Assembly (NCBI RefSeq): GCF_030684315.1
Contig: NC_081381.1
Span: 28,413,114 to 28,477,113, forward strand
Source of the DNA: Stegostoma tigrinum
Lineage: Eukaryota
DNA: 64,000 nt
Direction: 5' to 3'
The first letter of the stretch is position 1, and every line of letters starts with the position of its first letter. Below are positions 22,301-34,980 of the stretch, piece by piece. Under the pieces are notes generated by a model that saw only the letters and a list, made by a program, of their open reading frames with translations, ran no database searches and was not told the DNA's origin. Made by a program: the position numbers and the translations under genes.

Positions 22301-25300
22301 TCTCCACTTCAGTTGGTAGCTCTGAGGTGCCAATGTTTCACTGCCTACAGCAATGACAATGTATGTTCATATGACAGTTAATCCTTCTCTGCTCCCTGAA
22401 CTATTAGATTATTGTGTTCAACAACCAATGTTAATGAGTCTCCCACTGGATTTCTCTTTTTGTTAAATTAACTGCACTGAGTCTGAAAGGTTGATATGGG
22501 AGAAGTTGGGGGAGGGGGTGCGAATGATTGGAGCATTGCAGTGGGCAGTTATTCAGACTGAAACTTGCACTGAATAGTCATGAGATTAAGTAATCACAGC
22601 AATAGCAAGCAATCAGATTAACTCCTTCGGACTTCTGGATGATAACTGTGCCAGGGTACTGTCAAGTTTAAACTCAAATTACATTTAGAAAGAAGCATTT
22701 GTGTCACTTTTTTCACAACCACAAGACTTGAAGCTCTTTTCAGTCAATTAAGTACTTTGAAATGTAATATGTGAAACATTATAAAGTCATTGAGTGTACA
22801 GCACACAAACAGGCCCTTCGGTCCAACTCATCCATGCTGACCAGATATCCTAAATTAATCTAGCATTTGGCACATTTCCCTCTAAACCCTTGCTATTCAT
22901 ATACCCATCCAGATGCCTTTTAAATGTTGTAATTATACCAGCCTCCACCACTTCCTCTGGCAGCTCATTCCATATACGCACCACCCTCTGCGTGGAAAAA
23001 GTTGCCCTTCAAGTCCTTTTTAAATCTTTCCCCTGTCACCTTTAACCTATGCGCCCTCTAGTTTTAGACACCCCCATCCCATGGAAAATACCTTATCTAC
23101 TTACCCTATCCATGCCCCTCATGATTTTATAAACTTCTATAAGGTCACTCCTCAGCATCTGTTGCTCCAGGGAAAATAGCCCCAGCCTATTCAGCATCTC
23201 CCCATAGCTCAAACCCTCCAACCCAAGCAACATCCTTGTACATCTTTTCTGGACCTTTTCAAGTTTCATAACATCCTTCCTATATCAAGGGCCAAGTGAG
23301 ACAATAACGAAGGAATACAAATTGGTGATGAAACTCAGCAGGTTTGGCAACATTTGTGAAAAGAAAAAAACAAAGTTAATATTTTAAGTCCACTGACTCT
23401 TTGTCAGAACTTCATCAGAATCTCTGTTAGGTTTTGCTGAGAGATTAATATCGAATAGAACACTAGGAGAATTCTCCTATTCTTTGAAATGTGCTGAAGG
23501 ATCTTTTACATTGAACCAAGATAACAGGTATGTCAGTTTAACCTTTTTTTTGAAAAAGAAGGGCACCTCAGTCTGTGCAGCACATCCGCACTCCAGATTA
23601 TATACTTAAATCTTTGCAATTTGTCTTGAACCAGAGGCAAACACACTATAACTGAAGCAAGTTACTGTTAGTCAAAGCTTAATGCTTGTCTCTTTTTCTC
23701 AGTCCTTCTGTCACCTTAGCAAAGAAGCTTGCTTTTGGGTCAAAAAGATGTGCATTCTGAATGCGCACAAAAATCAAGGTTAACACCTCGGCACAGCACT
23801 GCACTGTTGGAAGCACCAATGATTAAATAAGAAGTTAAACCAAAGCCTTACCCCTGCCTTCTGGAAGTTGTAAAAGACCAGAAGATCATAAGACCAAAAG
23901 GAAGAGGAACAGGAGTAGGTTGACCAACCCTCGATGCTGCTCCACCATCCAACATGTTCATAATTGATCATTCCCCATGTCCAGTTTCCTGAATTTTCCC
24001 CACAATACTAGATTCCCTGACTGATCAAGAATCTATCTCTGCCTTAAATATCCCTAAGAATTCAGCCCCCACAGCTATCTGTGACAAGGAGTTACAAAGA
24101 CTCCTAACCCTCTGAAAGAAGAAATTCCTCATCATCTCAGTCTTAAATTGGCACCCATTACCTCTGGTCCTAGACATTCCCATGAGAGGAAACATCCCAT
24201 GGCATTTAGCCTGTCAAGCCCTTTAAGCATCCAATATGTTTCACTGAGATCATCTGTACTCCAGTGAATAGAATTCCAACATGTTTAGCCTTCCCTCGTA
24301 ACACAATCTCTCTAAGTCAGGGATCAACCTAATGAACTTTCTCTGAACTGCCTCCCATTAAATTATGCCTTGCCTTAAATAAGGAAACCAAAAATGCTTG
24401 CATTAGTCCAGATAAGATCGCACCAGCACCTTATACAGTTGAAGTAAGACATTCTTACTCTGATACTCCAACCTCCTTAAAATAAAGGCAACATTTCATT
24501 TGCCCTCCCGATTACTTTTTTTGCCTGAGTTTTGTGCACAGCACAAGCGCCCCCAAGTTCCTTTGTGTAGCAGCTTTCTGCAGTGTTTGTCCAGAAGATA
24601 TCACTGCACTGTTCTGAAGTACAGGGAAGTTTATGTCTGGAATTCTGATCAATATTTATCTTGGAATTAATATCACAAAAACAGACTGTTTAGTTGTTGC
24701 CTGATTGCTGTTTCATGGATCTTGCTGTGCATATACTGGCTGTCAAGTTTCCTATTTCACAATAGTGGCTTCACTTCTAAGTACTTGATTACATATAAAA
24801 CACTTTGACATCGGACATCATGAAAGATGCTACATGAATGTAAGTCTTTCCTTTTTCTCTTTTTTCTCCCAGTCACCTCAGAAAACAGCAGTGTCGGTGA
24901 CAACATCAGATCACATCCATGACCCCTCTGCTCTGACTCCCTTCTCAAGTAAACCACTGAACAACAAAAACCAGTCTGAAGAGAGCAGGTCAGCATTACT
25001 GTAAAGAACATGGTCATACTTGATCCCAATCCAAGCCCACAGATGTTTTATCCATTTCTACAAGCCCTACTCTTTTTTAAGCCTTTCTTTTTCTCCATTA
25101 CCAGTAAAAGATACTGAATCACATTTTAAATAAATGATCACACAAAGGTCAGACTTATGTTTGTAGTGGTGGCTGTCCCAGAAGCTTGGCGGAGAAGCCA
25201 TGTTTGGTGTTAAAGAAGTTTGTGTGCTGGATTAGAACCTCCAGATTATTAGGAATTTACCAGGTAGGCAGTCCAAGTGATGATCACATGGTTCCATTTC

Positions 25301-28300
25301 AGCCATTGAGGTGAGGTTCCCATTACTCAGGTTCTTGCTGCGATGCTTGTCTACTAAGAACAAAAAGAATAAAAATATCAACTCCTGGGATGGAGAACAT
25401 AAAGGTTGCTTTTATTCTCAACTGTCATTCTATCAAAAACCTGAAGTTAATTGAGTAGATTAATGTGTGGCCAATAAAGTTCAGAATCGGGAAGTGAGAG
25501 ATTATCCTATTTGGATCCAGGAAAGACAGTTCATTGTATATTCTAGATGGCAGGAAGTTTTGAATTGTGGTGGAGCTGGGATTTTTAGAAGTCCATGTAC
25601 AAATACTACATATTATGAAAACAAATTGGAAAATTGCCTCTATCTTCAGGAAGCTACTGTACAAATACAACATTTGTACCAGTTACACAGAGCTCTGGTT
25701 AAATCCCTTTGAAAGTACAGGATTTAATCCTGAGCGCTGCACCTCAGTAAAGAGATACATGGACTTTGGGGAGAATGCAGCGCAGATTGACCAGAATGAT
25801 AGCAGCACCAAAAGGTTAAATTATTATGAATAAAGACCCCACCCTCCACCCCCTGCATTCTGCTTATACTCTCTTCCACTCTCTATCTCTTCCATCGGGC
25901 AGAAGATACAAAAGTTTGAAATCATGTACCAAGAGATTTATGAATGGCTTATTCCTTGTTGTTATCAATGTTATGAATGGACCTCTCATATTAGAATTGA
26001 TATTTCCCTGCACCTCTCTGTAGATATAAAATTATACACTGCATTCTTTTCTGATTACCCTGATGTACTTATGCAAGGTATGATATATCTGGTTATGTGT
26101 GACGGTAATAGATCAAGGTTGCATAGACTAGGTTTAAAAATTCTTTTGAGTATAGCAAGTCATGGGCAATTTACTTAAGGTAATTAAATGATTAAGGGAT
26201 TTGTTGGGGTATTTAGTTATAAATGTATTGCCTCTGGTGGAATGAGTGCAGAGTAACAGGGAATAAACTTAAAATTAGAAGTAGTGTGATGAGATGTTTT
26301 AGGAGATGTTTCACACAACGGAAAGTAAAAATCTGAAACACTCTTCCCCAAAAGTTGTTGAGACTCATTTTCCTCACGAAGCTCTTTGCTTGCCATCTCC
26401 CCTCATGCTCCCTACTTCATGCAATTGAACTCCCTGCATACATGCACCTCCATCTGCACTGTACAGTCCTCCCTCCCCACCATTCTAGTAGCCCCCATTT
26501 ATTACCTTTTTTCTTTGCTGAAGGCCAAATATCTGGCTTCATGTCTTCATAATCTGTCCAGTCAAAGAGTGTCATGTCGAGGGTGGGATTCACCTCAGCA
26601 GCTGTTCTTGTTCCAGCCTACATGAGCTCAGGGCAATGATTTGCATGTCAGAGACAGGGGGAGAGAAGACAGGCAAGTAATGGAACAGAAAGACAGAGAT
26701 CAAGCATGGGATCATGAACAGACGTAGGTTGTTTGAGAGACAAATTAAGGAAAATATATGGGACGGAGATCAATGCAGTGGAGTGATAATGGAATGAAAG
26801 GGCAAAGAAAATGACAGTAATTAGATTGGAAGAAATAATAATTTGCAGACAGTACAGAGACCAGATAGGAGAGCAGCAAGTGAGGTGAATTTGGAGGTAG
26901 TGCATCCAGGCAACAGTAATCTAACAACTGAGAAAGGACCTGGGTGTCCCTTGGGGCATTGAGAATTTCTGTCAGTTTATCTTACAAATCCCATTATTGT
27001 AGTTTGAAAATTTGAATGAACATAAAAATGACTGGAAATAAATGTCAGCCTTATTACCAATGTCAATATATTGAGAATCAAAAGCATAACCATTTTGATA
27101 TCATTGCTTTTCTGCCAATGTGAATTAGCCAGAATTTCCTCATTCATCTTTAGACCTTTACATCTTTCTCCAACGATGTCGTAAAGATGTCAGCTTTCAG
27201 CAGATGGTCTACAATTGAGATAATCTCCAAGTCTCACAGCTTAGCTACTACAACAACTTAACTTTTATCTCAGCAAAATCTGTTGCTTTTACCTCCTCTT
27301 CCACTTATAACCAAAGCCTTTACCTGGACTTCTTTCATCTCCAGACTCAATTATCCTCTTGTTGGCATCAAGACACTCCAAAATTCAGTTTCCTGTATTT
27401 TGCCATATTTTACCTACCTAGCCATGGTCCTAATCCCTACTCACCTAAACTATGAACCCACCCCACAATATATTGAGTTAAATTACAAAATATAATAAAT
27501 CCCAATGCAATAAATATTTATAAGTGTCCACACAGCAGCTCCACAAGCAATTTCCTATATCTCTTAGAAGCCATAATTTCACCCAACTCAGATCCTTTGT
27601 GCATCTTCTGCCACTGATGGCACAAAGTTTTCTGCTATGTCCATGCAATGCTGTAGCACGCCTGTGAGTACTATCACCTCTCTCCATCTCTCTTTTCTTC
27701 AATGCCTGACGGGAGGAATATTTGCTGAGGAGTGACTTCAGGTGTCACTGTAATGTGGGCACAATCTGGTTTACCTGTTGTCGTGTGCTCCTTGGCTTTG
27801 TTGCTGGTGCTTCCTCAGTTGTGATGGCAGTCAGCAATGTACTGGTCACAATGGTGCTGGACATTGGCACAGGCATTGTGGAAGGCCCATCTGTCTCCTT
27901 GCTTTGTGTCAGATCCTTTAAAAATGGGATTAACTCAGTGCCCGACAGTTTCCCTGCAGGGAAAGGACAACTATTTGTATAAATTGACCATCTGCAGTTA
28001 AAAAAAGACTGGCTGGTAGGGTTAAATATAAGCTGATTATCAGAGGTCTCTGGGTTACAGCATGAGAAGCAATTGCTGACTGACGGAGAACTGTATGACA
28101 GGAAGGGACCTGCTGCTGGGTGACAGTATAATAAAGTGATAGGGGCTTGCTATGTGTGACTGAATTTTGCAAACTGCTGGACATTTTGAGCCTTTGTGCC
28201 TTTTGATTGGATGTTACTCTGTCTGTCACTTGGAGGCATGATTGCTCACTGCTGTGAAAGCTAAAGTAATAATGAACTAATGAATTAATATGCTGCACAC

Positions 28301-31300
28301 ACTGCCTTATTTAGTAATTACAAATGGTTTAACATTAAAAACTATGTCTAGACTTGAGCGAATACATTGAATGAGAATTAGGATCCCGACCCATACCTAC
28401 ACACCAACCAACCACCCACCACTCCCCCACCCCATCCCAGCCAGAAACAGTGCTATTTCATATGCAACTGATTGACTACATTGGTGCGTCCCTGATTTCA
28501 TCTGTTACACTATTTAACAGGGAAATTAATTGTCACTTATATATGTATTCTGCACAAACCTCAAACATTTAGAAAGTCTGCAATACCAGTTTGATAGTCT
28601 TTCCAAAATGCGACACCCCATTCCTGGAAAAAGATCTTCCAGTGAAATTCCCAGTTCTTTGCCCAATTTGTACAGACACAACATTAACAGGTATAAAAAC
28701 AAAAGTTGTTGGAGAAACTCAGAAGATCTGGCAGTATCTGTGGTGAGAAAGCAGTGTTAACATTTCAGGTCCAATGATCATTCTTCAGAATTGATTGTAG
28801 CTGGGAAAAGATTGGTGGAAATGCTAAAGATTAGCTGGGGGGTGGTGGAGCAATAAATGATAGGTGGAGATGGAATTCAGAGGGAATGAGACAGTTTAGC
28901 AGTCAAAGGAATAAGTAAAGTAAGCCTGGAGAAATAATAAGTGACAATGGGGTACATAAGTGACTGATGATGAGTTGTTTGTGGTAGCAGCTCACGTGCT
29001 GACAAGGCCTGGTGTGTGGCGTGTGGGGTTTGGAGTAAGTACATGGGAGATGGTGCTCAAACCCTAACATTGTTGCAATTGAAACAGAGTCTAGAAGTCT
29101 GCAGGATTCCTAAGCTAAAAATGAGGTACTGTTCTTCCAGACTGCACTGAGTTTCGCTGGAGGTATGCAGCGAGCCCAAGATGGAAATTTTGGCCAAGGA
29201 ACATGGTAGTGTATTAAAGTGGCAGGCAGTCGGAAGCTCAGGGTCTTTGCTGTGGGCAGAATGGAGGTGTTCTGCAAAGCAGTCACCCAGTGTCTACTTC
29301 ATCACCCCAATGTAGAGCAGACAACATTGTGAGCAGCGAGTATGGTGGACTAGATTGAGTGAAGTGCGGGTAAATTGCTGCTTCACCTGGAAGATGTGAT
29401 GGGCCCGTTGACAGGGAGGAAGTAAAGAGGTAGCTTATACGCCTTTTGTGATTGCAAAGGAAGGTGTTGGGAGTGGACCAAGCTGTCATGGATGGAACAG
29501 TCTGTGTGGAAGGCTGGCAAAAGAGAGGAGAATGAGAATCTGGTGGTGACATTCTGCTGGAGATGGCAGAAATGGCAGCTAACAATCCTTTAGATGTGGA
29601 TGCTGGTGGGATCAAAAGTGACGAAGAGGGGGACTCTATCAGTGTTGTGGGAGGGGCTGAAGTGCAGAAAATAGTTCGAACATAGCTGAGGGTCCTGTCA
29701 ACAATCGTAGTGGGGAATCATTGGTTGAGGAAGAAGGTGAATACTTCAGAGGACCCCTTGTCAAAGTTGGCATCATCAGACCAGATACAATGGAGATGGA
29801 GAAACTGGGAGAATGGAATAGAGTCTTTACAGGAAGCAGGATGTGAAGATGTATAGTCAATGTAACTGTGAGAGTTGGTGAGTTTGTAGTGGATATTGGT
29901 TGTCAGCCTATTCCCAGAAATGAAAACAGAGGCTGAGGAAAGTAGGTGGCGTGGGGGGGCGAAATCAGAGGTGGACCAGGTTAAAGTGACAGCAGGGTGG
30001 AATTGGAAGCAAAATAGATAAGCTTTTCCAATTCTGGATGTAAAAGGGAACCTGCACCAATGATGTCATCAATGTACTGGAAAGAGTCGTGGCGAGGAGC
30101 CAGAGTAGGTCTGAAATGAGGAATGTTCACATGCCCCACAAAGAAACAGACATCACTAGGGACCAAGTGGACACCCAAGGCCACCCCTTTGACCTGAAGA
30201 AAGTGAGAGCAGTCAAAGAAGAAATTGTTCAAAGTTGTTCAACATTAACTGGTATTCTAAGGTGTCACCAGGCCCAAGTGACTCCTCATTTATTTGCAAT
30301 TTTTTTAAAAGCAGGATCTTTTGTAAAATTCCACATAACAGGCAAACTCCATTTTTTGTCAAAATCAGACAGGGATGTTCAGTCTGAGGATCTAATGGTT
30401 ACATAGAGGCCCAGCCAAGAAAAAAAAGTGATGATTAAGTTCTCTAGCTTCAAACTGTAAAAGAAAGAAGTGGCCATCCTCGGGGTGCCTCACTGGACAA
30501 TATTTGTTCTCTTTTAAATAACACCATGATACCAAGGTCCTTAGCCAACTGTCAGTGAGCTTCACCTTGATTCTAAACTTTGTAAATGCATGATCCTCCA
30601 CTATTCTGTCTTGAATCTACATAAATGGCTATTACTAAATTTGCTTGTGAAATTCTGCGCATTTTTTCCAATCTGTATCTTTTTCCCTTCAGAACATTTT
30701 TGCAAAAAAATTTTACTTTTGTCATTTTTTCATCCCTGTTTCCAGATAAACATGTGTCAAAATGCTGAGTATTGAAATTTCTTTGGGAATTCTAACAGCA
30801 TTACTTGATATTGTGAGAAAAAAATCAATGATGGATATCAATCCCAGGGGCAATGACACCAATATTTTAAAAGAAAGATCTACATTTTAAAGAACATTCA
30901 ATGACGTCAGTAGCATCCCATTTTGCAGTACAGCCAACGATGAACATTTGAAGTGTGATCTGTTAAAAGCAGCAAATGAATTCCCAATTTTTGCACATTA
31001 AAGGTATTATAGAGAGCAATGGGATAATATCAAGAAGAACTGTTTTTAGTGATATATTGACTGAACAATAAATATTGACCAGGACACCAAACAGAACATT
31101 CATGCTCTTCTTCAAAATAGTGCAATGGCATATTTTGCATCCATCTGAGAGAGCAGCTGCTAGTATCCTGATAATGCAGAACTTAAAAGTCTTGTGGAAG
31201 CAAGTGCAAGACATACAGATATAAATCATAGACAAAATCTTAGCTGCACCCCATGGTTACCACACTTACTGGAGAGAGTTAATACCAGTAATGTCTCTAG

Positions 31301-33901
31301 TAATGTTGGTTCAATATTCACACTTAGAAATTGCAACCTTTAGCTTCTCTTCAATAAATAGGAGCAGAGTAGCCTATGTGGTCCTTTGATCCAGCTCTGC
31401 TATTCAATATAATCATCCAACTCAATATCCTGTTCCCACTTCCTCCCAATACCCTTTACTTCCTTTAGCCCTAGGAATTATAAACTATACCTAACTTCTA
31501 GAAAATAAAGATGAAATGTTTGTCTTCACACTTTATTTGCAAATTCAAGTTTTGATTAGCACCAGGCTTGCTAGTCTGCAATAGTGATAATTTAAAAGCA
31601 TATGTTATCTTGACACAGTATCTGATTCCAGTAATCCTCTTCTGTACCATAGGGAAGACTGGTCCTCTGAGCTACTTTCATGCAACAAACATGACCCTCC
31701 ACTGTTACCTCAACAGTATGACTCCCTACTCCACCACCCACAAATTTGATCCCACACTCTAGTCAAACATTATGATCATCATTATTCGTTCAAGGAACAC
31801 GATGTAAACTCTCAGATTAAATAAGTGATCTTCCCCTTTAGGTAAACATCAAAATTTGCCTTTCTTTGCACCATTTCCTATAACTTGACAACTGTGGTTT
31901 TAATAATTTGTGACTCACAAGAAAACAAAAGTTTAACCTCATTAGGAAGAACAGCAGCCCTTGAGCCCTTTGCCAGAATCCCTATTCCCTCACCATCAGT
32001 CCAGTCAATTATTAGCTATCCAGATGCTCTACACATATTGTTCGCACACAGAGTGTCGTGAAACAAAGTGAGAACATCCACCTTTACATCCTTTGCTATT
32101 CAACATCTCTTTAAATAAAATCAGTGATTTTAGTAGAGAATATATTGACTATTTGAGTTTATCTTTATAGATCTAACAGAACAACCCATGTAAACCACAC
32201 TGGACATGAAAAACATATAGCTCCAGGTATGATGAGTGTCAAAAGAGAAGGCTGTCTCCCCTTCACTATTGCCCTGTTATGCATTGAGAGAGCTTTGACT
32301 TTATATGAAAACTGCAGATTTGAACAATCTATTGGTGTCCTCAAACTTCCAAAAGACATTACAGGGCTACTTGTTGCTTCGACAATTTTTATGCTATTAA
32401 TTTCTGGAAACATTGGAAGCAACTTGTTTTGTGAAGAATTATCTGCAAATTATAGTCAAAGACCCTCATCCAAACAGTTTACACATTGTCTGAACAAAGC
32501 TTTTCAAACAGCTGGATGTTCTGTGACAAGGCGCTTCCAGCACTGAGGGCCCCAAGTGACTGTGCTGAAAATAGCATTTTGCTTCATATAACAGAGTCAA
32601 ATGCAGGTCATAAAAAAACTTCCTATATTAACTCAGCTTACCTTTCTTCAAGTCCCTTACTGTCAAACGTGCCATTTTAGAATCAAAAGCGGGAGACTGT
32701 TCTTTGGATTTTGCATTCACACCATATGGATCAACCCATCTCAGCGCCCAAATGCATTTTATCTTAAGTATAATTGTCAGGACAATGCAACCTCCCTTGT
32801 AAAACGAACTTATTATTAAATACATTGAAAAAGAAGTGATGCTCAAGTCAAATCACACAGAATTCTTAAATTTTAATTTGAGTTTCCCCCCCCCTCAACT
32901 GTTTTGTCCCTTTTATCAGATTTCTCTGCTGTTGGTGATGACAGGTTTTCCACTGTCCATCTGATAAACCATCAAGTTTGTAGTTGATAACTTACATCCT
33001 GCATGTGACTACAGTGTTTCAGTCCATCAACATCTTGAACATTACTTTTATTTTAAAATCCACATGTACTTTCATGAACAACCCTGGGAAGAGATGGAAG
33101 AATTGTGTACAGAATTTAAATATTTTCTGAGCAGGGATGGGAAAGTAGTATAGAAAACACCTTCTGAATGGGCTGTAGAAGAGCAAAATGCAGACAGTTC
33201 AATCTGTGAAATAGCAAAATTGTATTTCTCTTATACAATGATAGTCCAAATTGTAAATCAAAACAATATACTTAAGCACATGATCTGAAGGGAAGCATCA
33301 GGCCCAAAAAGTGAGTGAGCAAGATTCAGGAAAAAAAAGCCTGCTTAGCCCCAATGCTAGGCTATCTTTTCTATACGTGAAAAAAATATTTTAAATGCTT
33401 TTCATCAAGGTTTCCAAAGCTCCTCTTACCCTTACTGTGTCGGGCTCGCTCCCTCCGATTTAGTTTCTTATGGTCTCTATTGTGCTTTTTCCCTTTATTT
33501 GTAGGCTCTCCTGCTGGATGATATTCTGGCTCTCGAGGATAAAATTGACCTTTCTGGCCTGTAACTCGCTCCTGTGGCATTACTGCTGTTCTTTCCAGAC
33601 TGTCTGTCTCCACTCGCACTGGAGTCAGACTTTCCAACCCCACACCGTCCTCATCTGGTCTGTCTGTCTCCAGTACTTTGGTTACCATGGTGTTGGTCTT
33701 GTCTTTTCTCTGTATGCCATGTTTGTGGCCTGATCTGGGAGAATCTGGCCAGGACTCACGTCTCTTCAGATTATTGCTGCTGTCTTGTGGCTGCAATGCG
33801 CTTTTCTTTCCTCTGGTTCCAGCTTCCAGAGCACAGACATGGTTTAGACCATCAAAAACCAAGAAGAAGAGGAAAGGAGACATGAAGTACCAATAAGCCA
33901 T
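19242..33901 (-). CDS. DRAXIN: Draxin (dorsal inhibitory axon guidance protein), complete CDS ~351 aa; exons 33430-33901, 27775-27953, 26506-26617, 25261-25350, 20623-20712, 19242-19354
   Basis: Signal peptide, basic region, [18 protein letters not shown] motif and Cys-rich C-terminus [65 protein letters not shown]. All GT-AG, total 1056 nt in frame. An alternative in-frame ATG lies at 33910. Confidence 0.96.
19436..20138. mobile_element. Foldback element: two inverted PLE-type termini (a different family) with hammerhead-like motifs and a 12-bp TSD
   Basis: Arms ~19436-19745 and ~19780-20102 are reverse complements; TCACTTCTAACA at 19424-19435 and 20139-20150. Confidence 0.8.
19490..19520 (-). 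ncRNA. Hammerhead-like motif (GAAAGCUU variant, weak stem II)
   Basis: CUGAUGA-A-GGGG-CUAUA-CUCU-GAAAGCUUA; decayed partner at ~20018-20047 on plus. Confidence 0.55.
20623..20712 (-). CDS. DRAXIN: DRAXIN coding exon ([29 protein letters not shown])
   Basis: ccacag|GT ... GAAG|gtgggt, 90 nt. Confidence 0.95.
22785..23295 (-). mobile_element. CR1/HER1-like LINE 3' fragment
   Basis: Typical 3' end (GGGCCTGTTT tail; RLGLFSLE-type coding remnant). Confidence 0.75.
23880..24590 (-). mobile_element. Decayed CR1 LINE 3' fragment
   Basis: Similar to the other CR1 3' ends in the window. Confidence 0.65.
25261..25350 (-). CDS. DRAXIN: DRAXIN coding exon ([30 protein letters not shown])
   Basis: tagtag|AC ... 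CCTG|gtaaat, 90 nt. Confidence 0.94.
26506..26617 (-). CDS. DRAXIN: DRAXIN coding exon ([30 protein letters not shown])
   Basis: atgtag|GCT ... AAAG|gtaat, 112 nt. Confidence 0.94.
27775..27953 (-). CDS. DRAXIN: DRAXIN coding exon (Ser/Thr-rich linker)
   Basis: ccctgcag|GGAAA ... CAACAG|gtaaac, 179 nt, open frame, phases fit both neighbours. Confidence 0.85.
28695..30240 (-). mobile_element. Old decayed Penelope-like element (family B)
   Basis: RT remnants [19 protein letters not shown] and [14 protein letters not shown] remnants, terminal CTGAAGA...GAAATGTTA at ~28757-28788. Confidence 0.8.
33430..33901 (-). CDS. DRAXIN: DRAXIN first coding exon (exon starts 33919)
   Basis: cttcttcag|ATTGATCATATGAAGGAAATG; hydrophobic signal peptide; [11 protein letters not shown] motif; AAGG|gtaag. 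Confidence 0.9.
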
Positions 33902-34955
33902 TTCCTTCATATGATCAATCTGAAGAAGAAACATTTGAGGTGAGACAGAGAGTTTGAGTTCAGATGCATCAATAAAGCTATTTTTGTGCAACTGTTAGGA
34001 GCAAATCAACCACCATTGAACTTCCTACAATATCTGCCAAGATCAATCAAAACTCACACATTAGTTCAAATGGTAAAGATGATACATAACTACCCAGCTG
34101 CAAGACAAGGTTTGGGATTTGATTATTAAACTGTTTAAGGTCAGCCTATATCAGTCAAAATGATTGCAGAAGCATTTCAAAGCATCCGAGGGTCCCTGGA
34201 CAATATTAATGGTGAGCAGTGGAAACTAAGTTTAATTATTGTGCAATGGCCTCTGATGAATTCTATTCCTCAAAAACACGTGGCATTTTCAGGAAACTAA
34301 TGGAACTATAGAAAGAAATTGTCAATATGACTTACAAATCCTTAACTTTTCCATTACCATATCATGTCAGGCTCTGTGATATTTACAGGGCATTCTAATC
34401 TGCTCAGTGAAGGGTAACAGTTAACATTAGGCACACTTTTCCATTCCATTTAGAACTTCCTCTGTGCAAAAAAAAAAATCAAAGCTGATGTAAAGGAATG
34501 TCCAAAACTACTTTTTCCAAGGCTGAGATAGAAACTTGAGTGAGACTTATTGAATATTAAAACACAAGAGGCCCTTGTGATCATTAATTCTGTGTCGACT
34601 CTTGTGAAGACTGAAGGCAGGATTGGAAAGGAACAAGATGTGGAATTAGAAACTAAGTTTATGTTTACTGATTTTGAAATTTAAGTGAAAATCTTAATAA
34701 CTAATTAACATTTTAATGCCATTAAGACACAAAGTTATTTTTCTTTTCATAATTCAGTGTGGATCTTGTGCCTGCCTCCACACCTCAGCAGCGAAACAAA
34801 ATTTTCCATATTTCAGCCTCTTCATAAATGATTCAGGAATAACTTTTTCCCCTCTCAACGTTTATAGCGACTTTTCTCCCTTCTGTGTTACATCTGGTCT
34901 CCCACTTGGAGGAAACATAGAGTTTTGATTTTAAATCTCTGCAATGACACAGAAG

Positions 34956-34980
34956 GTGTGTGTGTGTGTGTGTGTGTGTG
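34956..34980. repeat. (GT)n microsatellite
   Basis: About 12 GT units seen directly. Confidence 0.95.

Noticed and set aside
33911-33991. N-terminal extension of the 206-aa ORF as part of DRAXIN
   Set aside because: Most of it lies upstream of the splice acceptor at 33919/33920, so it is intronic or UTR
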